A stretch of DNA of 64,000 nt, taken from contig CBDFJR010000005.1 in assembly GCA_965248535.1 (NCBI GenBank), forward strand, positions 2,176,001 to 2,240,000. Reading direction: 5' to 3'. Numbering within the stretch: position 1 is the first letter of the stretch; every line of letters starts with the position of its first letter. A program made the translations under genes and the position numbers. Shown one piece after another: positions 8,947 to 19,981 of this stretch. The notes below the pieces were generated by a model, which had not been told where the DNA came from, searched no databases, and saw nothing but the letters and a program-made list of their open reading frames with translations. Source of the DNA: Phormidesmis sp. GTDB lineage: Bacteria; Cyanobacteriota; Cyanobacteriia; Leptolyngbyales; Leptolyngbyaceae.

Positions 8947-11900
8947 TCATTTCCATTGATTGCATACGTCGCGCATGGCATCGACCATGCCTCGGATGGC
9001 GGCGGCTCCGCCGAGATGTGCGATCGGGGGATGCAGCGTGGCGAGGTCTTGCATAAGATCGGCGCGGGTGCAGTGGGCAAGGAGGTGAAGGTGGGATTGC
9101 CAGTCGGGATACGGGAGTGTAGCAAGAGAAAGGCGAGGAAGATAGGATCGGAGGGTTGTGGCGCGGGTGAGCTTGTGGATGATGGCATGGATGGCATCAA
9201 GGGCTTGGGGCAGAAACACTTCAGGTAGCTCTTCAGCTAACCCACACAACCCTTCTGCACGCGCTTGCTCATTTTGGAATAGCGACAATATTTCTAGAAG
9301 TGCGGGCAGTAATGCTTCAGGCAATTGCTTAGCTACACCACCATCGCAAAATATATCTCCAAATTCCACATACTTTCGCTCAGTCTGAATCAACAACCAT
9401 AGCGCCTCAAACGCTTCAGTTAAATAAGCTGGGTCAGTTTGAATTAGAGCATAGAGAAACTCTAAAACAGCACGTTTAAACTCATCTTGGACTAATCGCG
9501 CCAATTCTAACCCTTTAGTAAAATAAGTTGAATCAATTTGTGCTAGGGAATGCAATGCCCACGCACGCATGAATTCATCCTGAATTGATCGTGCAGCCGA
9601 TGACAACTGGGCAAGGTCAGCATTGCTAACCTTAGCTAGATCACGCAATGCAGGGGCACGGTCTGTGATTTTAGACCATGCAAAGGCTTGCTCATCCTCA
9701 ATAGACTCGCCGCACTTAATGCTTCTGCAAAATATGTTTCGTCAATTTCCGCTAAGTCAATCAATCTAAGTGTACGGTTGTAGTTGTTCTGTTGTGATCG
9801 AGCCACGCTTAAAGCTTCTGCAAAGCAGATTTCGTCAATTTGGGCTAGGAAAGTGCTTAATATTCCTGCACGATCGGACTCATCCTGAATTAATCGTGCA
9901 GTATTCAATGCTTCCATGGAGTACGTTCTGTCAATTCGAGCTAAGACGCTCAATGCTCTTGCACGATCGGACTTATCCTGAATTAACCGTGCAGCATCCA
10001 ATGCTTCTGCAAAATATGCTCTGTCGATTCGAGCTAAAATGCTCAATGCTCTTGCACGATCGAACTGCATCCGAATTGAGCGGGCAGCATCCGATGCTTC
10101 TGCAAGATATGCTCTGTCGATTCGGACTAGTTTGAAGAGTGCCCTTGCCTGCTTGTCCTCATCGTGAATTGAGAATGCCACGTCCAACAATCTAGCAATA
10201 TCAGCAGTGTTCACTTCGGCTAAGATACTCAGTATCTTCACTTTTCGCATATTCCAAGGCTCAATCAACCTCTCCTTCTCAATTGCAAGAAATGCCGCTA
10301 ATGCTTCTGCAAAATAAGCTGGGTCAATTTTGGCCAAGACACTCAACGCCACCGCGCTCTCATGTTTATTTCTAATTGTTCGTGCTGTTGTCAATGCCTC
10401 AGTAAAATGAGTCGAGTCAGTTTTAGCTAGAGCAGTTAATATCATCGCCCGCCAGTACTCATCTTGAAGAGATCTCGCTGTCTCTGCTGAAAGATAAGTA
10501 TGGTCAATCTCAGCTAAGGTATCCATCACTTCTGAATGAAAGAATGGATGTTGAATTGACCGTACAGCATCTAATGCTTCTTCAAAATATGCGTTATTGA
10601 TTTTAGCTAGCGTACACAATGCTGTTGCACGGGCGGACGCGTTTTGAACTGACCGTACAGCGTCTAATGCTTCTTCAAAATAGGAATTATCAATTTTGGC
10701 TAGATCACTCAATGCCGATGCTCTATGACATTCGTCCTGTATTGATCGTGAGACCTCTATGGTCTCTGGCAAGTAAACTGAGTCAATCTGAGCTAATTTG
10801 TTCAATGATCTTGCGCGATCTCTCACATCTCGAATTGACCGTGCCACCCTCACCGCTTCTAACAGGTAGGCTGAGTCAACCTGGGTTAAGGCAGTCAATG
10901 CCATTGCAATGTTACTCTCATTCCGCAGTGATCGCGTCTTCTTAACCGCAAACCCAAAGATCGCCTTAGGCAAATACGACGCAAGTTTCTCAATCGCCTC
11001 AACAATATTCTCCTCATCCTGCATTTGCTCTACATATGCCCAAGCTTGCTCTGGTGTCCAATACTTACGCTTCACAAACTCTGCCATCATCCCGATCGGT
11101 AGATTCCCCACCAAACTATTCAGCGTTGCTGTAATCAATGCATATCGACACTGCAACACAATCGAGCGAGTATTATCTTGCTCATAACTTTCCTCTGCAA
11201 TTTGCCACCCTCGCTTCACATCCTGTACAAAAATCGCAGGTTGCCCCAGTCGATCGCACGCCTCAAACCAAGCATTCCGCCCCTGCTCATCACTCATCGC
11301 CATCAGCACATGAATCTCATCCTCTCGCCCCGCCTGCTGGAGATGCCACGTCAAATGGCGATGAATATATCCATCATTCGGCAACCGATCCCAGCGATCG
11401 CACTTTTGGCGATAGCGATCCAAGAATTGAGCATGAGCATCCGCAAGCGTTCGGATTGGAGCGCTGAGGGTTGCTTGTTCGATCAATCCCCGCGCCGTAT
11501 CGTGCATCAAATCATGCACCCGATAGGTTAGCTCCCCTTCCAATGTCTCCGTCCCACTGGTCAGAAACGATCGATTCCGCAGAGCAATTAATGCCTTCTT
11601 CGCTTTCAAGGGCGACAACTCCCACAGTGTCACCGCCATCCGCACATCCAGACTCACATCCTCTGGCAACACTCCTAACCACGCAAACTGCCGTAACTGT
11701 TCCGCACTCAACCGCCGCAAACTCAAATTAAAACAAGCCCGCAAACTATACTTGCGCTGCTGATTCTCATCCAGACAATCCCAAGCCTCCGAAGAATCCA
11801 ATACCTCCAACGCTACTGATCGCCGCTCTGTCTCAAACTCCGATCGCAACTCCCCCCAACTCAACCCATCCCGCACCTGATTCGCCGCCAAATCTAACGC

Positions 11901-12959
11901 CAACGGCAAATATCCCAACGACTTCGCAAACGCTTTTACTTCCGATTCCTGTTCCGGTTTCCACTGTCGTTTTAGCTTTTGCCGCACTAGCTCGATCGCT
12001 TCCACTTCCGACATCAAATCCAACAGATGATACTCCGCTCCCTCAATCTGCGCCTCCCGCGTCGTCACCAACACCCGACACGCTGCACCGCCCACCCGAA
12101 AATGCTCCACATGCGCCCCATTCCACACATCATCCACCACCAGCAACATTCGCTTTTCCAGTAGCACCGTCCGCAAATAACTTGAAGCCCATTCCAACGT
12201 CGTCGCCGAATAACTCTCCCGCGACTTATCCAACGTCCGAATCCAATCTCCCAGCAAATTTTGAAGGTCGGGATTCTGTCCCAGCGTCACCCACAAGATC
12301 CCATCTGCAAATCTCGTCTGCACCTCAGCATCTAGCACCAACGCTGTTGCCAACACCGATTTGCCCAATCCGCCTAAACCTGCGATCGCGCTCACCACTA
12401 ATGCCCGATCGTCCGTTGCCAACAGCTTCTGCTTCACCGCATCAAACGCTTTAGGACGCGGCACATAGTTCTCCGGCAACCGCACCCCTAGAGACGGCGC
12501 ACCCACCTTCAGTCCTGATTTCGGGCTTTGCTCTGGTAGAGCCTGCAATTTCGACTTGGGCGATCGCTTACTTTCCCAGAGCTTATCAAACGCTTCGAGA
12601 TTACGACTGATGTGTGTTGAACTTAACGTCAGCGTAAAATCCCACTGCGCCTCACCCTTTGTTTTCACGCGATGGTCATGCAAAATCCCCAGAAAATCCC
12701 GCATCGCCTCCAAGGCTTCCCGCACATTTGCGGTCGTCACAGTTGCCTGTCCGTCTTGATTGGTGACGTGCATCAAAGCTTGCAGTGTCGTCTCGATCGT
12801 CACCTTCTGACTTCCTGCTGCTTCATCCTGCCAGCGAAACTGTAATTTTTTTGAATCGCTGATCTCTCCTACTTTTGTCGCCTCCAAAATCCCCTTCAAC
12901 ACTTGACGGACACGAGCTTGCACGATCGGACCATGGGATTTTTTCTGAGAGCTAGGCAT
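8947..12959 (-). CDS. NLR-like STAND protein: N-terminal domain + NB-ARC + winged helix/helical domain + ~32-aa helical repeats; frameshift near 9708-9712
   Basis: Walker A GLGGLGKS, Walker B LLVVDDVW, GYLPLAL, VHDLM; repeats ALxxARSIQDExxRAxALxxLAxID continue in ORF 8947-9648. Confidence 0.85.
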
Positions 12960-12986
12960 AGCTGGGTCAGTCTACAAACATCAAAA

Positions 12987-13105
12987 AGTTTGGGGGAAGT
13001 TTGGGGGATTGCGAGCAAATTCCCCTCCCCTAATGTAACCAATCCTACTCAGGTCAGTCGATTCCGAGAATAAAATTCTGCTCTTGCCTTGGGAGATCCC
13101 CCAAA
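12987..13105. promoter_or_regulatory. Operator-like repeats plus NtcA-type promoter in the divergent intergenic region
   Basis: AGTTTGGGGGA x2 (12987-13008), inverted copy TCCCCCAAA (13097-13105); GTA-N8-TAC (13035-13048)-N22-TAAAAT (13071-13076). Confidence 0.5.
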
Positions 13106-13147
13106 TCTTTTACTAGATTCATCAACCCAATACGAGGCAACTCAATC

Positions 13148-13378
13148 ATGATGAATCTTCAATCCACCCAACCCATCCAAACGATCGAGCCTCAACTCCC
13201 CACGACTTTGCCTCAGATTCCGATCGATCCAACCAATCCGCTTTCCTGGGTGCTCGTCCTAACTCTACTTCTCGGCACCACCGAAAAGCCCATCAACGCC
13301 ACCGCAAATCTGTTTCGTGCGATCGCAGCCCTTCGAGTCACGATCGTTAAAACTCAGAGATCGCGTCGAAATAAGTAG
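13148..13378 (+). CDS. Small hypothetical protein with one hydrophobic segment, divergent from the NB-ARC gene
   Basis: GAGG SD; Pro/Gln-rich N-terminus, WVLVLTLLLG, basic C-terminus. Confidence 0.6.
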   Translation: MMNLQSTQPIQTIEPQLPTTLPQIPIDPTNPLSWVLVLTLLLGTTEKPINATANLFRAIAALRVTIVKTQRSRRNK

Positions 13379-13541
13379 GTATGGTGTGTCTTCCAATGCC
13401 CAGCAAGATAGCGATCGTGATCCAAAAAGTTGAATCACCTCGCTCTCTGCCAAATGCTTAAGTAGATGAAGCCAAACTGAAATGGAAGAGTGTTAGCCCT
13501 GGTAAACAAACTGGGGCTGTCTTTTTGGGCAGTCGATCGCG

Positions 13542-15476
13542 TTAATCGGCCACCAGTTCTGCCAGTTCTAGCCAGCGCTCTGTTGAGGTCTCGATCGTTT
13601 TTTCTAACTCTGCCATCCGCGCCGAAAGTTTTTCGACCTCCGAAAAGCTGTCAGGCGGAGTGCGATATAGCGTCTTTTCAAGGGTGGCTTTTTCAGCTTC
13701 CATTTGCGGAATTTTAGCTTCCAACGTTTCAAACTCACGCTTTTCTTTATAAGAGAGCTTTCGAGTCTTGTTAGTGATCGCCGGGGTTGCCGCCGTTGGT
13801 TGCTCTGGTTGTTTTGCAGACTTCTTATCAGACGCGTCCGTTTTTCCGCTAGCTGCGTCTTCTTCGGCTTTTCTATAGTCTAAATAAACCGAGTAGTTAC
13901 CGGGATATTGACGAATGTTGCCCCCTGGCTCAAGCGAGAAGATTGTATCGACCGTGCGATCGAGAAAGTAGCGATCGTGCGAAACCACAATCACGCAGCC
14001 GTTAAAGTCTTCTAAATATTCTTCTAAGATGGCTAACGTTTGCACATCTAAATCGTTAGTCGGCTCGTCTAAAATCAGCACATTGGGCGCACTTAAAAGA
14101 ACTTGCAGCAAAAATAATCGTCGTTTTTCGCCCCCAGACAGTTTGCTAATGGGCGAATATTGCTGACTTCCGGGGAACAAGAACTTCTCTAACATTTGAG
14201 ATGCTGTGATCACCGTCCCGTCTGCTAAAGTCACTAACTCTGCGGTTTCTTTAAGATAATCAATGACGCGCTGATCTTGATTGAGTGAGTTCAGCAAATC
14301 ATCCGAATGTTGATCAAAATAGCCAATGTGAATCGTGCTGCCGATGTCTACGGTGCCAGAGTCGGGCGTTAACCGTCCCGTTGCTAGATTCATTAACGTT
14401 GATTTTCCCGCACCGTTTGCGCCAATGATGCCCACCCGATCGTCAGGGCTAAACTCGTAGGTGAAATCTTTGATCAAAACACGATCGCCAAAGGATTTTG
14501 AGACATTCGTGATCTCAATTACTTTTTTACCAATGCGGCGACCTGCTGTTGCGATATCAACTTTGCCGTTGGCTTGTTTAAATTCACGATCGCGCATTTC
14601 GTGAACTCGATCAATCCGCGCTTTTTGTTTGGTGCTTCGCGCTTTGGGCCCTCGACTCAGCCACTCTAATTCACGCCGCAACACGCCCTGATGTTTGCGC
14701 TGAGTGCTGGCCGCCGATTCTTCAGCCAACACTTTTTTCTCTAGATAATAGGAATAATTTCCAGAGTAGGCATAGAGATCGCCGCGATCGATTTCTAAAA
14801 TGCGATTGGTGACGCGATCGAGAAAGTAGCGATCGTGAGTAATCAACAGCAGCGCCCCGCGATAGCGATTGAGATAGCTTTGCAGCCACTCGACCGAGAG
14901 CGCATCTAAATGGTTAGTCGGCTCATCCATCAGCAGCATTTCGGGCTGAGACAGCAGCGCCGTGGCCAGGGCAATGCGCTTGCGATAGCCGCCTGATAGG
15001 TCACCAATTCGGGCGCTCAGATCTTCGATGCCTAGCTTGGTGAGAATAATTTTGGCATTAGTTTCGAGTTCCCAGGCTCCGGTCGAGTCCATTTTTTCAG
15101 ACACGTCTGAAAACCGCGCCATGATTTGGGCTTGGTCGCCTTGCCCGTGGGCTAATTTGTCAGAAAGCTCTTCATATTCGCGCACTAGTGCCATTTGGTC
15201 GCCGCTATCGGCAAACACTTGCTCAAGCACGGTGTGGTTTTCGTCGATTTCGGGCTGCTGTGGCAGATAAACGAGTCGCGCACTGGGGTTGACGAGCCGT
15301 TGTCCAGCGTCGATCGACTCCAATCCGGCGATCATTTTGAGCAGGGTTGATTTGCCAGACCCGTTGGTGCCAATCAGCCCCACCTTGTCGCCTTCTTCAA
15401 CGGTGAAGCTGGCATCTTTCAGCAATTCTTTAATGCCGAAGTCTTTTTTGATCGATCGAAGGGTAAGCAGACTCAT
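13542..15476 (-). CDS. ABC-F family ATP-binding protein (Uup-like)
   Basis: Two ABC domains (GTNGSGKS/LSGG/DEPTNHLD; GANGAGKS/LSGGE/DEPTNDLD), no TM segments, C-terminal coiled coil. Confidence 0.93.
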   Translation of the reverse strand: MSLLTLRSIKKDFGIKELLKDASFTVEEGDKVGLIGTNGSGKSTLLKMIAGLESIDAGQRLVNPSARLVYLPQQPEIDENHTVLEQVFADSGDQMALVREYEELSDKLAHGQGDQAQIMARFSDVSEKMDSTGAWELETNAKIILTKLGIEDLSARIGDLSGGYRKRIALATALLSQPEMLLMDEPTNHLDALSVEWLQSYLNRYRGALLLITHDRYFLDRVTNRILEIDRGDLYAYSGNYSYYLEKKVLAEESAASTQRKHQGVLRRELEWLSRGPKARSTKQKARIDRVHEMRDREFKQANGKVDIATAGRRIGKKVIEITNVSKSFGDRVLIKDFTYEFSPDDRVGIIGANGAGKSTLMNLATGRLTPDSGTVDIGSTIHIGYFDQHSDDLLNSLNQDQRVIDYLKETAELVTLADGTVITASQMLEKFLFPGSQQYSPISKLSGGEKRRLFLLQVLLSAPNVLILDEPTNDLDVQTLAILEEYLEDFNGCVIVVSHDRYFLDRTVDTIFSLEPGGNIRQYPGNYSVYLDYRKAEEDAASGKTDASDKKSAKQPEQPTAATPAITNKTRKLSYKEKREFETLEAKIPQMEAEKATLEKTLYRTPPDSFSEVEKLSARMAELEKTIETSTERWLELAELVAD

Positions 15477-15509
15477 GCGATTTTGGGTGGAAGCAGTTAT
15501 GTGAGCACC

Positions 15510-15650
15510 TTAGCACTTCATAGATCGTAACGTGGAAAAGTGGGGCGATCGCATCGTTGTAACCACGTTCCAGCCTCGCTGTTGAAATCGCTTTGCAGTT
15601 GCAAGCCCGATTCCTGTCGAAGCGCCAGTAATGAGAACAGTTTTTGCCAT
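15510..15650 (-). pseudogene. Truncated SDR oxidoreductase N-terminus
   Basis: MAKTVLITGASTGIGLATAKRFQQRGWNVVTTMRSP, then unrelated sequence and a stop after 46 aa; AGGA SD. Confidence 0.8.
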
Positions 15651-15799
15651 TGGTTCCTAAATAAGGTGGGAAAGTGTTCTTCAACTTTACCGGAACGAAG
15701 GGGTGGAACACGTTTGAATGGTTGGATAAGTTTTGGTTATCTGGCTAAGGGCTACGTGCATTAAAATTGTTCGGGACTATTGTTTTTAAGGAGTTTAGC

Positions 15800-15982
15800 T
15801 TGCCAACTCAGCAACAATCCAATACAGCGATATTTCTGTGTCAGTTGCTATCTAACCTGTACTAACCAATCCAGGTTTTTCGTTATGACCAGAATCTAAA
15901 GACAATTTATATCCAGGCTGGGGCGGCTGATGAAACTGCGCTGATAATAAAAGAAGATGGCAATTGGGATTTTGTTCTATGA
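15800..15982 (+). pseudogene. DUF6888-like small protein with internal TAA (15863-15865)
   Basis: AGGAG SD, TTG start, MPTQQQSNTAIFLCQLLSNLY*PIQVFRYD...IYIQAG...GNWDFVL; stop overlaps the next ATG (ATGA). Confidence 0.65.
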
Positions 15983-16191
15983 CACATGATCTTCACCAAA
16001 TGACCAACGCTGAACTAAAGCAGTATATTTCGGCTCATAGGAATGAGGCTCAGTCCTTTCGAGCCGCGTTGGAAGTCCTTATGAGTCGTCGTGATCCAAA
16101 CGCTCCCTATCAACCTTATCCCTTTGACCTTCGTGATCCTGAAGGTGAAGTGCAAGCCATTTTTGTGGAGAAGCTTAGAAAATCTGAGTAG
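15979..16191 (+). CDS. DUF6887-like small protein
   Basis: MTNAELKQYISAHRNE...FRAALEVLM motif; translationally coupled to the upstream gene. Confidence 0.7.
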   Translation: MTHDLHQMTNAELKQYISAHRNEAQSFRAALEVLMSRRDPNAPYQPYPFDLRDPEGEVQAIFVEKLRKSE

Positions 16192-16355
16192 CAGCGGTTT
16201 CCAGAATCTACTAGAAAAGCGATCGCTCTCAGCTTGAGTTAGTGATGCTTTAAATAGGATCGGTTATGCAGTCTCGATCGAGCCTAGTTGATCTAAACCG
16301 CTCACGGACAATCAGCCGCCATTTCGGCGATCGACTACACTAAAAAGCAAGCTTA

Positions 16356-16931
16356 ATGGTCACTCTCATGGTCGCCAACTCGCTCCGCTGGACAACTCGT
16401 GATCTCGATGCCATGCCCGACGATGGCGGCTGGAAACGCTATGAAATTATTGATGGAGACCTGCTTGTGACCCGTGCCCCTCACATTCGTCATCAAGGTG
16501 CAGCAGGCAAACTGCACGTTCGCCTAGAAACCTGGTCAGAGACAACTGAGATGGGGAGCGCCTTTCAGACACCGGGCGTTATTTTTACTCCAACAGATGC
16601 GGTGATTCCTGATGTCGTTTGGGTTAGTCGAGAAAGCCTTGCCAAGGGCGTTGATTCAGCAGGTCATCTCACCGTTGCCCCTGAATTAATCGTTGAAGTG
16701 CTTTCCCCCGGTGATCTCAATGAGCAGCGAGATAAGGAAGTCAAACTCAAACTCTACTCGTTACACGGGGTTCAGGAATATTGGATCGTCAACTGGCAAC
16801 TCAAGACTTTAGAAGTTTATCGCCGTAATCAAGCCCAACTTCAGCTAGTTGCCACTCTGCTCAATGGAGATAGCCTCATGTCTCCCCTGCTGCCGGGCTT
16901 TAGCGCCCCCATTGCTCAGATTTTTCTCTAG
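16356..16931 (+). CDS. Uma2 family endonuclease-like protein
   Basis: RYEIIDGDL, PDVVW, APELIVEVLSPG, GVQEYWIV. Confidence 0.9.
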   Translation: MVTLMVANSLRWTTRDLDAMPDDGGWKRYEIIDGDLLVTRAPHIRHQGAAGKLHVRLETWSETTEMGSAFQTPGVIFTPTDAVIPDVVWVSRESLAKGVDSAGHLTVAPELIVEVLSPGDLNEQRDKEVKLKLYSLHGVQEYWIVNWQLKTLEVYRRNQAQLQLVATLLNGDSLMSPLLPGFSAPIAQIFL

Positions 16932-17053
16932 ACGCTAGGCTTCAAAAGGTCAGTCTGTTCAAAAAAACAGTAGCCTTCTCAAACTGACCGCTAGGGAAGT
17001 AGTTTGAGGACATCGGTCTGGATGAACGGCTCTTGCGATCCTAAAATACAACC

Positions 17054-17461
17054 TTAGGTCTCTGCATTGCCAACCCCATTTTCGAGCCGCAGTTTGGCTT
17101 CTTTCTCAAACCAGGCGACAACTTGAGGAACGGTCAGATCCTCGATCGCAACCCCAGAATCGATCGCCGATCGCTGCAACGGCTTGATCGCCGAAATCGT
17201 CAGTTGTGTGAAGAATGGTTTAAAATTGCTGTCTATTCCCTGCTGCAAACCGGGATCGTTAGCTACCCAATCGGCGATTTGCTGCGGGTCTAAATCTGCG
17301 ATCGCTTGATCAGATTTCTGAGCCACCTGCTTGAGCGATCGCAGTGCATAGATCGCAACTCTGACTGAGAAGCGATCGCGTGAAGTCAACAGGGCTTTGT
17401 CTACCTCAGCACACTCATCCGGCGTGAGAAACTCTGTAGGCGATGGGGGCAGATCAGTCAT
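17054..17461 (-). CDS. Conserved cyanobacterial hypothetical protein
   Basis: FLTPDECAEVDKALLTSRDRFSVRVAIYALRSL; ATG at 17461. Confidence 0.7.
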   Translation of the reverse strand: MTDLPPSPTEFLTPDECAEVDKALLTSRDRFSVRVAIYALRSLKQVAQKSDQAIADLDPQQIADWVANDPGLQQGIDSNFKPFFTQLTISAIKPLQRSAIDSGVAIEDLTVPQVVAWFEKEAKLRLENGVGNAET

Positions 17462-17726
17462 AAAAAGTAGGGAAAACCGTAACAACTCACGTCTAAATTC
17501 TAGACTACCCGCCTAATCTCCTCGACCTGTTTACCCTTTATCCTGCACACTTTACCCGTCACAATTTACAATAAGTAATAGAGCCAAAGCCAGGGAAGAG
17601 ACATCCTGAATCGTTGACATAATTGCAATTCAGCCTCTAATCGTTATGAAAGCACTATTGAATGCTTCTGAATGACCCTTGTAGGGGCTTATTCCCGGTT
17701 TGTCGCGTTTAATTTAAAGAGCAACC

Positions 17727-19811
17727 ATGAAAGACCTCACTCGCTATCGTAATATTGGCATCTTCGCGCACGTCGATGCTGGCAAAACAACCACTACTGA
17801 AAGAATTCTGAAGCTGACGGGCAAGATCCACAAAATCGGTGAGGTGCACGAAGGCGCGGCAACCACAGACTTCATGGCACAAGAGCAAGAGCGCGGCATC
17901 ACCATTCAGTCTGCGGCCACCACCTGCTTTTGGAACGAGCACCAACTTAATATCATTGACACGCCCGGTCACGTCGATTTCACCATTGAGGTCTACCGAT
18001 CGCTGAAGGTGCTTGACGGCGGCATTGGGGTGTTTTGCGGGTCGGGCGGGGTTGAGCCACAGTCTGAAACCAACTGGCGCTATGCCAACGATTCTAAAGT
18101 CGCTCGGATCATCTATATCAACAAGCTCGATCGCACAGGTGCCGATTTTTATCGGGTCGTCAAGCAAGTTGACAAAGTGCTGGGCGCAAAACCGATGGTG
18201 ATGGTGCTGCCGATCGGCATCGAAGAAAAGTTTTGCGGCATGGTCGATTTGCTGACTCGCAAAGCCTGGATCTGGGATGAGTCGGGTGACCCGATGGGCT
18301 ATCAGATCACCGATGTGCCTGCTGATATGGTCGATGATGTCGAAGCTTATCGCGAGCAGCTAATCGAGCTAGCGGTTGAGCAAGACGATATCTTAATGGA
18401 AAAATATCTAGAGGGCGAAGAGCTAGATATCGAGTCGATTAAGCGATGCGTTCGCAAGGGCACCCGCGACCTGGCATTTTTCCCGACCTATTGCGGTTCG
18501 TCGTTTAAGAACAAGGGCGTGCAGTTGGTGCTAGATGCCGTGGTTGACTATCTGCCCAACCCAATGGAAGTGGTTCCGCAGCCAGAAGTTGACCTCGAAG
18601 GCGAAGCGACTGGCTCTTTTGCGATCGTAGACCCCGAAAAACCTCTGCGAGCGCTAGCGTTCAAAATTATGGACGATCGCTTTGGGGCACTCACCTTCAC
18701 TCGCCTCTATTCTGGCAGGATCTCTAAGGGCGACACTGTGCTCAACACCGCCACGGGCAAGACCGAGCGGATCAGTCGCCTCGTTGAAATGCACGCCAAT
18801 TCTCGTGAAGAGATTGACTCGGCTCAAGCGGGTGACATCATCGCGATCGTCGGCATGAAAAACGTTCGCACGGGTCACACCATTTGCGATCCCAAACATC
18901 CGGCGACGCTAGAGCCAATGGTTTTCCCCGACCCGGTGATCTCCATTTCGGTCAAACCCAAGGTCAAAGGCGGCGAAGAAAAAATGGGGGCTGCCCTGAC
19001 CAAGATGGTGCAAGAAGACCCGTCCTTCCACATGATGACTGACCAAGAGAGCGGCGAAACCATTCTCAAGGGCATGGGCGAACTGCACCTAGATATCAAA
19101 GTAGACATCCTCAAGCGCACTCACGGGGTCGAAGTCGAAGTGGGCGAACCTCAAGTTGCCTACCGCGAGTCGATCACCAAGCGCCTCGAAGACGACTACA
19201 TCCACAAAAAGCAGTCGGGCGGTTCGGGTCAATATGCCAAGATCAGCTATGTGGTTGAGCCGGGCGAACCCGGCAGCGGCTTCCAGTTTGAGTCAAAGGT
19301 GACCGGGGGATCGGTGCCCAGAGAATACTGGCCTGCTGTCGAAAAAGGCTTTGAAAGCTGCATCGACAAAGGCGTGCTGGCTGGCTTCCCCTGCATGGAC
19401 TTAAAGTTCACGCTGATGGAAGGCGGCTTCCACCCGGTTGACTCGTCGGCGATGGCGTTTGAGATTGCGGCTAAGGCGGCCTATCGGCAGTCCATTCCCC
19501 AAGCGGGGCCTCAGTTGCTCGAACCGATCATGAACGTCGATGTGTTTACCCCGGATGACTATATGGGCGATGTGATCGGCGATCTCAACCGTCGTCGAGG
19601 CATGATGAAGTCTCAGGAAACTGGGCAAACTGGGGCGCGTCTTAAAGCCGATGTGCCGTTGAGTGAGATGTTTGGCTACATTGGTGACCTACGAACTATG
19701 ACTTCTGGACGCGGACAGTTCTCGATGTCGTTCTCTCACTATTCACCGTGCCCTAGCAACATCGCTGAAGAGGTAATCAAGGCTGCCAAAGAGCGTCAGG
19801 CTGCTGCGTAG
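17727..19811 (+). CDS. fusA: Elongation factor G (stand-alone paralog outside the str operon)
   Basis: [44 protein letters not shown]. Confidence 0.95.
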   Translation: MKDLTRYRNIGIFAHVDAGKTTTTERILKLTGKIHKIGEVHEGAATTDFMAQEQERGITIQSAATTCFWNEHQLNIIDTPGHVDFTIEVYRSLKVLDGGIGVFCGSGGVEPQSETNWRYANDSKVARIIYINKLDRTGADFYRVVKQVDKVLGAKPMVMVLPIGIEEKFCGMVDLLTRKAWIWDESGDPMGYQITDVPADMVDDVEAYREQLIELAVEQDDILMEKYLEGEELDIESIKRCVRKGTRDLAFFPTYCGSSFKNKGVQLVLDAVVDYLPNPMEVVPQPEVDLEGEATGSFAIVDPEKPLRALAFKIMDDRFGALTFTRLYSGRISKGDTVLNTATGKTERISRLVEMHANSREEIDSAQAGDIIAIVGMKNVRTGHTICDPKHPATLEPMVFPDPVISISVKPKVKGGEEKMGAALTKMVQEDPSFHMMTDQESGETILKGMGELHLDIKVDILKRTHGVEVEVGEPQVAYRESITKRLEDDYIHKKQSGGSGQYAKISYVVEPGEPGSGFQFESKVTGGSVPREYWPAVEKGFESCIDKGVLAGFPCMDLKFTLMEGGFHPVDSSAMAFEIAAKAAYRQSIPQAGPQLLEPIMNVDVFTPDDYMGDVIGDLNRRRGMMKSQETGQTGARLKADVPLSEMFGYIGDLRTMTSGRGQFSMSFSHYSPCPSNIAEEVIKAAKERQAAA

Positions 19812-19853
19812 GACTGAATGAGATTGACCGCTCTGTGAATTAGGGCGGATGGT

Positions 19854-19897
19854 TTAAGCTTCCTGATTGGTAGATTACCGATCGGGAGGCTTATTTC
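19854..19897 (+). terminator. Stem-loop after fusA
   Basis: TAAGCTTCCTGATTGGTA-GAT-TACCGATCGGGAGGCTTA followed by TTTCTT. Confidence 0.55.
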
Positions 19898-19981
19898 TTA
19901 GAAAACGTGGATGAGGTAGGGCGGGTTGTTGGCAGAGTCAATGGGCGCGGCAGTGCCGTGCCCTTACGCATGGGGTTGGTT

